The position numbers were made by a program, and so were the translations under genes. Positions 23,001 through 32,009 of a DNA stretch of 64,000 nucleotides are shown in pieces. Within the stretch, counting starts at the first letter, position 1; each line of letters begins with the position of its first letter. Origin of the DNA: Azolla caroliniana (lineage: Eukaryota > Plantae > Polypodiophyta); contig JBHGNT010000016.1 of assembly GCA_043228905.1 (NCBI GenBank), forward strand, positions 12,586,001 to 12,650,000, written 5' to 3'. The notes beneath the pieces are model-generated. The model was given only the letters and a program-made list of their open reading frames with translations. It searched no databases and had not been told where the DNA came from.

Positions 23001-25872
23001 TGTGGTACCTAGGTTTACCTCTTCTAGTTGGGATGCTTTTACGCGTTGCGACACCACCATTTCTCTTTCCAGTGCCTCATGTGCTTGTCGTAACTCCCGG
23101 ATCGCTTCTTTATCCGGTTCCTCGTCGGTCCCGTCCGATTGGAGTATGTACGGTGATATTGCTTCGGCTACATCAATTTCGAGTAGAGGTACGATCTTCG
23201 GATTTTCTTGTAAGTATAGATTGACCTCTTCATCCGCCAATCCTTCCAGCATGTTGACACATTCCGCATATAGCGGCGTCAATTCCTTGTTGGTACCTGA
23301 CCGTGGTTGAGTCAGTACTCGCACTTTCGCTTTTCCACACCGGAACGTAATTATATTCTTCCTCCAATTTTACTTGATGTGTGATTTTTTTAACCAAGGG
23401 CGTCCCAACAATAGTGGGTAAGCTCCCTGAGCCTGTAGCTGGAAAACTACTCCCGAAATGCGAAATGTGTGACCCCTAATAGTCACTTCCAGATCCCGTA
23501 TTAATCTGGTCGGCCATACTGAGCTTGTGTCCGCCATCCGAAGCCAAAACGGGCATGGTTCCCAGTCATGGATTCCTAGAGTGTTACACGTTCGGAGGCT
23601 GATCACGTTCACGCCGGATCCTCCATCGATAATCGTGTCGGGTAGCTCTTTTCCTTTCAAGATGGCTGTGATTGTCGGACTGCTCGTGTCTACAACTGTC
23701 AGTCCTTCCTCCGGATTTGAAAAGAATGCCGAAGCCGGTGGTGTTTCGGCTGCCATCCTTATTGTCTTCAGTCCTTTCGTGAAGCGTGGTACCAGTTGCA
23801 ATAGCCGGCCTAACGGCAGCGTTATTTGGCATTCTTGTAATGCCTGCCATGTTGGGTTTTTGGGCTGCCCTAGGCCGGTGAGCTCTTCGGCATTCTCCTT
23901 TTGTTGTTCGAGCTCTGCCACATTCCACTCGTTTGCCTTCTTCACCCATTCGGTTTCCTGCCTTCGGATGACTTCTTGAGTTTCCCACTTCTTGAGTTTC
24001 CTGCTTCCGGATGGCTTTGCCTTTTGATCTTGTAGTGACTTGTTGTAAGTCCGCGACTTCCGCGTCTACCATGTTCACCGTTGGTCGCTTATCGTAGCTC
24101 TTCACCGGACATTGGTTACTATAGTGGCCTTCTTGCCGGCAATAATAGCAGTACGCCTTCCGGGTGTTGCTGGATTCGGCGTTTGTGCCTGCACCCGGTT
24201 GAGGTCCTGTGGTAAGTGCTTGGTTTTGGTCTAGTTTGCTGCTTGGAGCGCCCTTTTCTAGTTCCCGTGGATGACCCCCCTTTTTGTTGAAATGTCGTTT
24301 CTTGTTGAAATTCTTTTTGTTCCGGTAACCGTGACGGGGTTGGTCGTCATACTTGCCATAGTCGTCTCATCGTTGGTTGTAACCAGGGGAGTGATCCCGG
24401 TTGTATCTCTCATATCGTCCATTATAGTCCCGGTATCTATCCTATCTGTCATACCGGTCATAAGCGTCTTTTCGATCGATGTACCGGACATCTTGTGCCG
24501 ATCGGTAGCGCTCCTCTCGCCGCTATCGTTCTTCTTCTTCCTCCCGATTACTTCGTGGTTCAATTTGCCGGACCAGTGGTGCTTGCCGATTTAACAAGTT
24601 ATACTCACATTGTTCCATTGTGTGACTTCTAGAGTGGCAGAGCAAGCATTGAGAACGCATGGTGCATTCCAGCGCCGAATGTCCGGCATTCAGGCATGTC
24701 GTGCATTGAATTGCTTGCTGGAAGCGGAGGTCCTCATCTGTCGGTAGTGCACGTTGAAGTGCGCCCATGGTTAGCCATGAACTTGATTTTTCCATTTCCC
24801 AAACTCGGTCGATCACTTGATCTCTGCTGTTGGTGCGGAAATCAATGACGGCGCACACCATTCGTAAGGGTTCCCGGAGTGCTGCTAAGAATATGGCCTT
24901 TGTTTCTTCCTCCAGTGGTGCCCGGCTGAGGTGACTGTGGATCCGCTGGAACCAGATGACAAACTGTTGAATGTTCTCCGTTGGTTCCTGCCAGATAATG
25001 TAAAATAAGCCTACCATTTCCCGTTGGTCCATCTCCTTGTGAAAGAAATGCAAGAATTTGGTCTTTAATGTTTCAAACGTGGGGATGGTGCTGGGATCTT
25101 GTGTTCGGTGCCATCTGGTGGCCGGTCCCTCCAGGGTCATGCCGAACTCTTCCCTTTTTTAGCATTCCTCTTCGGTCGCATTTAAGCATTGGGACACATG
25201 GTTTGCCTCCCAGGTTTGCTGAAACGCATGGACATGGGCTTCCGCATCTGGATCATCCCGGTATCTAGGATATTGGAACGGCATATCGTCGTCCGGTATC
25301 GGTACGCGTGTTGGTGGTGTCGGTGGTCTTTCCTCCTCCTGTGTCAGCGTTGGAGGTCTTTCCTGCTCCTCCTTCCGTGTTGGAGGCCTCTCCTCCTCGA
25401 CAGCCGGTGTCGGAGGTCTCTCTTCCTCGACTTCAAGTTCCGGAGTGTGCTCGACTTCCGGTGCCGGAGGTTCCAACCTTGTCAATTCTGGTTCCGATGT
25501 CGGCAAGGTATCCGACTCCTCGTCCGCCGGTCCGTTTGGGGTGTTGTTACTGCTACGGTAGTTCGTATGCGCGTTGTATTCCTCTTCCGAATCCGATTCA
25601 AAAGCTGAAAATGCTTTGGATTTGCCTTCGCCCGCTGTCAATGCCTAGAGAAGGGATTCCGCTTCCCAAAGGTTGCTTAGGCTGCTTCCTTCGTCTAGGT
25701 AGTCGTTTTGTTGTGAACGAAGTGACGCCTTGGCCACTCTCCGGATCTCCTTGGAAAATGAGCGATCCGTTCTAATTTCTTCTACCACTTGTTGGAAAGC
25801 CTCTCGCTTCCTCAGCCATTCAGCCAGTCTCCTTGCTTGCTCCGTAACCGGGTCGTTCGTTGGTCTAGTCAT
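20046..25872 (-). pseudogene. gag-pol fragments of element E
   Basis: gag MPFQYPRYRDDPDAEAHV; protease IIDGGSGVN; RT FLDD; RNase H VFVDASDIAIG; integrase FQKWGLDFVGP and YYPQANGLA; GPY/F domain. Confidence 0.92.
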
Positions 25873-25907
25873 CCATTCCCGCCGTTGTTCGTTGCAATTG
25901 TGCAGGA

Positions 25908-25920
25908 ATCGTGGTCGCCA
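25908..25920 (-). promoter_or_regulatory. Sense PBS of E (tRNA-Arg type)
   Basis: Minus strand TGGCGACCACGAT, 7 nt from the 5' LTR. Confidence 0.85.
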
Positions 25921-26369
25921 AAAATTGTGTTATTCCTTAGGGCCGGACAATGGCCTAACACAGGGTGTCTACAGAAGACACTTCACCAAAGGGGTGTTAC
26001 GGCGAGATAACTTAAGACACGACAATTAATCAGACTTAATTGGTTACTTAGCAATATGGCATTAGACTTGATACACGCATATGATAGAACAATTAGTACA
26101 AAACGGTAATCAACACTTAAAGATAAAACAAGAAGCTCTATTAATTATCCGTCAAAGCTTTACATTGAAACCGGGCCTTTATATAGGTCACCAGTGCTGA
26201 GTACAAAACGGTGCCAACCGGCACCTATTCGGAACTGGTCCAGATCCGGATCGGCATACCGATTCCGGTCCGTCCGTTCACGTCTCATAAACTACTTAAT
26301 TAAAATAGATTCCGAATAAACAATCCCTTTCATATTCTGGTCTTTAACTCCTTTCTCGGCCGGGTAACA

Positions 26370-27322
26370 TTGGCCACATCAATCTCCAAAAGCGTAAAGG
26401 AATGCAGTCAAAAAGGAGTCGTAATCAGACTCCCGACATTTACCGAAAAGGAGAGTACCGACGTATGTGAAGCCTGCCAATTTGGCAAACAGCATCTCCT
26501 ATCGTTCCTGAAAGAGAGGAATGTGAGCAAAGGAATCTTGGATGTAGTACATTCAAATGTGTGGGGACAAACCCAGACGGCAACATTCGGTGGTTACCCG
26601 ATATTATGTTACGTTCATCGACAACTTCTCTAGGCATACCTGGAGTTACCCCATGTGGCAAAAGAGCGAAGTGTTCAGACACTTCCAAAAGTTTAACAAC
26701 GAAATTGAAAAAGCCACAAGTCGGCATGTCCGACGCCTTCGATCGGATGGAGTTCACTAAGGCCTTAGGAGTCGACAAGTTCGAGCAATTTACATCGAAC
26801 CTTGGTCTCACAATATCTACATTGTCGAGCTTGATGGGGAGTACTGAATAGCAATAGTTGATCAATCGATCGAAGCCGACCAGAGGAGTCGAAGTATGAT
26901 CATGATAGTCGAGGAGAACAAGGAACACAAAGCAATCAAGCAATCGAAGTTGTCCTCACTGACCATCTGAACACAAAGCGAAAGCCGAATCCAACTGAAC
27001 AACCGAATCGAAGTAATTCGAAAGTCGAAACTAATTTGGTCAAATTGAAGTATTTTCGATGACCGAACCGAACCAATTTTTCGGCATCCGAAAGTTGTGT
27101 TCGAAGGGGCATGCTGAGAATCGAACTCAACTTCCTCAAATGGCTTTCACACTAGCCAATGGACATACTAGGCTAGTTTTGTAAATAGTTGAAAGGGCAG
27201 TTGCCCTAGACTAGTTGGTATTTAAACCAACCTTTTGTAACGTGGACACTATTGGATGTAATCATATTTTTCACTAATATAGATTCCTATTCTAAGCTCT
27301 CTCTCACTCTCTCTCTCAATCT
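26370..27322 (+). mobile_element. Copia element C, segment 3 (integrase start fused to RNase H end, 3' UTR, truncated 3' LTR from 27112)
   Basis: CEACQFGKQ, LRSDG joined to FTKALGVDKF at ~26752 (INT-RT-RH deleted); degenerate PPT then TGCTGAGAATCGAACTCAAC. Confidence 0.8.
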
Positions 27323-27324
27323 AA

Positions 27325-28185
27325 AAAAGGAAGGTTATGATCAGATGGATGCTCTAGGAGCAGACGTCTTGTAATCATATTTTGGGGAATATTCGACATT
27401 GGCTAAGGTGTACAAGACTCAGGGAGGCGAGGATGAATTTTTCCAAGAAGTCGCAATTTTTTTATTGGAGGTTGCATGCATAAGTCCACGGTTTTACTAC
27501 ATGCCAAGACAACGGGCAAGGTTCGTCATTGCAACATACGAAAGGGAGAAGATTTACAAGGGTATATTACAAGGGTAGCACTCCGTGAGCAATTACATGG
27601 GGTACAAAACAAGAAGTGTATGAAGTCGATTTTAGGTTCGTGGCTTACAGTCATTTGTCTGACACCTACTGTGAATGGTCAGCGTAAGACCCCAAGGAAG
27701 GAGCAGGGGCAACCATCAAGACCAAGGTCAACACCAACGGTCCAGTGACCAGTTCTGCGAGAAGAATGACAAGAACCGGAACCAACACATCCTGAAACCC
27801 AACAACCGGATCTGATACATCCCGACACACCGCAAGAACCGGAGCCGACCCCGACTCCGAACCTTGCACACGAAACCCAGCAAGAACCAGAACCGACAAA
27901 GGCACCTCAACCTAACCAACAGCCACGAGAGAGTCAACCTCAACCACAGACGTTAAGGAAAAAAGAAAAGAGTCAGAGGTATCCCCAAACAAAACCAGAT
28001 AGTTAGCCGACTAAAAGACAGCGAGTCGACAACCAAGAATCAACTGAACAGATGGAAGCACAGAATAGGGCAAGATCCGAATCAGTCGACACACAACCTA
28101 TGGAACGGGGAAAATCATCATCTATGACCCCAAATGAAGTAATGGGATTGCCTGAAATACCAACGGCAGCCCACAAGTTCACAAC
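27325..28185 (+). pseudogene. Diverged fragment of the E-family extra ORF
   Basis: Translates to YFGEYSTLAKVYKTQGGEDEFFQEVA, similar to YFGEYSLASKAYRTQGGEDTLFREIA of E. Confidence 0.65.
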
Positions 28186-28666
28186 TGTTGTAGGTTTTTA
28201 GGGTTAGGGTTAATGATAATGATAATGATGATGATAATGAAGATAGACATGGTGTAATAGTGGAGATGATGAATGGTATGATGGTGAGAGAGAACATGAA
28301 GAACAAGACAACCATTGAGAAGCATTGCGGGGTGGGGGGTGGTGCCTAGAATGGCTCCATCCCCCTCCCAAGGGGGTTCAACATTAAGGGGAGGGAAGAG
28401 AGAGAGAGAGATGACAAGAGAGAGATTGAGAGAGAAATGGTTATTGTCTTCATTCATTCCCCATAAGGGGTTAAATAGGTACAAAGGGGTAGATCCACAA
28501 GGGTGCAAGTCCCTTGGGCATTCACACCTAGTCACTCACTCACACCTCTTTGTATCCACCACACTCACACTTACATTCACACTCATAATTGTATAAGATT
28601 ACACATACATTACATCGTTCACCCTCACTTATTAATCACCCGTACATCTCGTACGGTAACACAATA

Positions 28667-28682
28667 TGGCACGCCCATGGGA
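28667..28682 (+). promoter_or_regulatory. Second, antisense PBS-like site (tRNA-Arg) at the PPT position of F
   Basis: TGGCACGCCCATGGGA 5 nt from the LTR end; same motif and position as in E. Confidence 0.75.
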
Positions 28683-30180
28683 GAGTGCCTTGCACGTCGA
28701 TCCCACATGCCTTGATCATCATCGTTATACGACCGGAACTTCCATCGGTCCTCTCCACGATCAACTCCCTCGATCGGAGCGCTTGACTCAAACATCTCCT
28801 TCGGTCAGCAAATCTTCATCGACACGAACATTCTCATTCTATCGGCTTACGAACTTTGGTAACATCATTCGGGTCGTCAAAAAGACGTTGTGTGTATGTG
28901 TGTTCTTTATTGTATCTTGTGAGTTGTGGGTGGATCGCGTCCATTTCTTTTATGTTCATGAGTTTTCGAAATTCCATAGGTGCCCTTTGATTTTTAAAAT
29001 TTTTAACAATGCCATCATGTTTTTAGAAATACTTCGGATGCCCTCATGTTTTCAAAACTCCTCGAATGCCCTTATCATTCTCTTTTTCCCTCTTTTTTCT
29101 TTTCTTGTTTTCTTCTTTTTCTCTTGCTTCTGTCGTTTCCCTCCTTTCTATCTGTCTATCTCCTCCGATTTCTTCCTTCTTCTTCTTCTTCTTCTTCTTC
29201 TTGTTTTCTTCTTCTTCAACGTCTCCTTCTCTTCGTTTGTTTTCGTGGTAGCTTTGGGTCATCTTCTTATCTTTCTTTTCCTTTTCTATGTTCTTCCACT
29301 GCTAATGGGGCTTTTCCTTCTTCTTCCTTCTCTGCTTCTTCACTTTCTCCTTCTCTTTCTCCTTCTGCCTCTGTCTCTTCTTTGTCTATCCATGTTTCTT
29401 TTATCTTTCTCTTCTTGATCTATTTCTTCTCATTTCTTATTCTTTGTTTCTCACTGTCTTTTGCTTTCTTCCTCTTTATCCTTTCCTTGTACGACGTCGT
29501 TTGCCGTTCTTCGACGTTCGTCACTTCGTTGTCCATCTGGGTCGATGTATCTATCTCCATCACTGGTTGTTGATCCGTCAACGTCGGTGTAACCTCCTCT
29601 CGGCCGTTTGGCCTTGTCCGGTCGGTCTCTTTCCGGTGTTCAACCCTCGGTTTGGCCGCCACTTTCTAACCTCTCCGGCCTTTTCCGTCTATGTCTTGGC
29701 CGATGTCCCGTTGAACTCCATCAACGTCTCTATCGGTTTCCGTCCGTTTGAGTCCGCGTGTCCGTTTGGCCCTTCATCTTTCCGGCCGTTTTTGGTCGTT
29801 TGTCTGGCTGTCCGTCCGCTCTGGCCACTGTCTGGCTATTTCTGCCATTTCTTCGTTGGCTATGTTAATAAAACGTGAAGAAGGCACTCAAGCTCTTCTT
29901 ATGTGCACGGCAGATCGTGGTGTGCTAGATCGTTTAGTGCTCAAACACAGAAGGGAAGGGGGAAGGAGACTTAGCTCTGTAGCAGCCAAAACTTTTTCTA
30001 TTTCATTATGCGCAGAGCTCTACTTGCTCTCGTTTGTTTCTCTCTCTTGCTCTCACTCTCTGAGTTCTTTTTTTTCTATACTCACTATCTCTCTCTCAGA
30101 GTTATACTTCCTGTATATCTTCTTCTCTTTTTTCTTACTCTCTTACTTTCTACCTAAGTAATAAGTTACTTACGTATGCA

Positions 30181-30324
30181 GCTAATTAGCTGCCTGTAGC
30201 TAATTAGCTATCAGTCGCTAAATAGCTGTCAGTAGCTAATTAGCTGTCAGTCGCTAAATAGCTGTCAGTAGCTAATTAGCTGTCAGTCGCTAAATAGCTG
30301 TCAGTAGCTAATTAGCTGTCACTC
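30181..30324. repeat. 18-bp tandem repeat in LTR of O (8 units; 7 units at 35236-35361)
   Basis: Unit GCTAAWTAGCTGTCAGTM; copy number explains the 18-bp LTR length difference. Confidence 0.92.
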
Positions 30325-30426
30325 CTTTATGTTCACAAGTAGCTAAATAACTACTATAGCTTATTTCCCAATAAGCATCGCATACCATGTTGAGCTTGCT
30401 TCTCAACACTCCCCCTCAAGCTCAAC

Positions 30427-31887
30427 TTATCCTTTCTTGGGGTTATCTACAACTTCTTTTTCATGATGCTTTTCAGCCATCATATCAATGTCTACAACTC
30501 CCATCATGTTCCGAAACTGTGTATGCTTTTCCACACTCAATCCCTTTGTGAGAATATCAGCAACCTGCTGATTTGTATTCACATACACCAGATCAACTTC
30601 TCCTTCAATCACTTTTTCTCTAACAAAGTGATAATGCACTTCAATGTGCTTTGTTCTTGCATGGAACACAGGGTTCTTTGCAAGTTGAATGCTGCTCATG
30701 TTGTCACACCAGATTGTGACAGTACCGTCTATATACTCTCCCAAATCAGCAAGCAATCTTCTAATCCATACCTCTTCACAAGTGGCTATGGCAGCTCCTC
30801 TGTACTCAGCGTCAGTACTAGACAATGCAACAGTAGCCTGTTTCTTGCTACTCCATGAAATACCTGCACTTCCCAATGTAAAGATATATCCACTTGTGGA
30901 TCTTCTATCTGTTTGGCTTCCAGCCCAATCAGCATCTGTATATCCTTCCAGATTTATGTCCAAATCAGCCCTGTAAAACAATCCATAGTTCTGAGTAGCT
31001 TTTACATACCTCAGAATTCTTCTAATGCAGTCCAAATGCGGCTTTGTTGGCTGTTGCATAAATTGGCTGACTAATCCAACTGCATAACTCAAATCAGGTC
31101 TTGTTATGGTCAAATAAATAAGGTTGCCCACCATAGACCTGTACATGTTTACATCTTCTATTTTGGCTCCCAAATCAGCCCTCAATTTGCAGTTTTTATC
31201 TAGTGGTACTCCAATAGGTTTGCATCCAAGCATACCATACTTTTTCAACATAGTTGTTGCATATTGTCTTTGCAACACACATATACCACTTTCAGATCTG
31301 ATGATTTCAATACCCAAAAAATATCTCAGATCTCCCAAATCTTTCATATGAAATTTCATTTCCAAATTTCTTTTCAGCTTACTTATCTCATCCATGAAAT
31401 CACCTCCAATGATGAGATCATCAACATAAATCAGAATCACAACCATACAATCATCTTTCCTTTTAACATACAATGATGAATCAGCCTTTGACATTTTGAA
31501 GTCAAGTTTTTTCAGATAATCTGAAAGTTCTCTGTGCCATGTTCTTGGTGCCTGTTTTAGTCCATAGAGAGCCTTTTTCAGCTTACATACATAATCTGGA
31601 TGCTTCCTATCTTCAAAACCAGGTGGTTGACACATATACACTTCTTCTTCCAAGTTACCATGTAAAAAGGCATTTTTTACATCCATATGATGAAGAAACC
31701 ATCTTCTGGTTGCACCTACAGCCAGTAATGTCCTCAATGTTGCCATCTTTGCAACCGGTGCAAATGTCTCATCATAATCAATTCCTTGCATTTGGGCATA
31801 TCCCTTTGCAACCAATCTTGCTTTATGTCTACTTACATTCCCACTGGAATCATGCTTTGTCTTGTAGACCCATTTGCAACCTACCAC
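30427..31887 (-). CDS. pol: Copia O reverse transcriptase-RNase H (separated from upstream ORF by a frameshift)
   Basis: KARLVAKGY, HMDVKNAFLHG, LYGLKQAPR, IYVDDL, YTDADWAG, TKHIEVHYHF. Confidence 0.9.
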   Translation of the reverse strand: MVGCKWVYKTKHDSSGNVSRHKARLVAKGYAQMQGIDYDETFAPVAKMATLRTLLAVGATRRWFLHHMDVKNAFLHGNLEEEVYMCQPPGFEDRKHPDYVCKLKKALYGLKQAPRTWHRELSDYLKKLDFKMSKADSSLYVKRKDDCMVVILIYVDDLIIGGDFMDEISKLKRNLEMKFHMKDLGDLRYFLGIEIIRSESGICVLQRQYATTMLKKYGMLGCKPIGVPLDKNCKLRADLGAKIEDVNMYRSMVGNLIYLTITRPDLSYAVGLVSQFMQQPTKPHLDCIRRILRYVKATQNYGLFYRADLDINLEGYTDADWAGSQTDRRSTSGYIFTLGSAGISWSSKKQATVALSSTDAEYRGAAIATCEEVWIRRLLADLGEYIDGTVTIWCDNMSSIQLAKNPVFHARTKHIEVHYHFVREKVIEGEVDLVYVNTNQQVADILTKGLSVEKHTQFRNMMGVVDIDMMAEKHHEKEVVDNPKKG

Positions 31888-32009
31888 ATTTTTTTTCTTT
31901 TGGTAACTTCACCAAATCCCATGTTCTGTTTTCAGCCAATGCATCAATCTCTTCTTGCATTGCGTCCACCCATTTCTTCTCAGTTTTAGCCTCATCAAAA
32001 CTACTTGGA

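Larger units (their letters stand above)
16401..26369 (-). mobile_element. Ty3/gypsy non-chromovirus element E, full length (~10 kb), decayed, with extra 3' ORF
   Basis: 442-bp LTRs at 16401-16842 and 25928-26369 (about 95% identical by eye); TSD TTGGT/TTGGC restores the host IGHI frame; gag-PR-RT-RH-INT on minus strand. Confidence 0.95.

Noticed and set aside
16401-26369. E as a plus-strand element whose interior was inverted after insertion
   Set aside because: An inverted interior would still carry one PBS and one PPT; here both ends carry PBS motifs, the best TATA is on the coding strand, and F repeats the layout
28666-29573. Hydrophobic F/L/S-rich plus-strand ORFs suggesting an env or membrane protein
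   Set aside because: They are antisense shadows of a purine-rich K/E/R low-complexity tract and have no counterpart in E
30375-30408. CA-TGGTATGCGATGC inside the O LTR as an extra Met PBS
   Set aside because: Only 6 nt match, and the motif is not present in the related X, B or M LTRs
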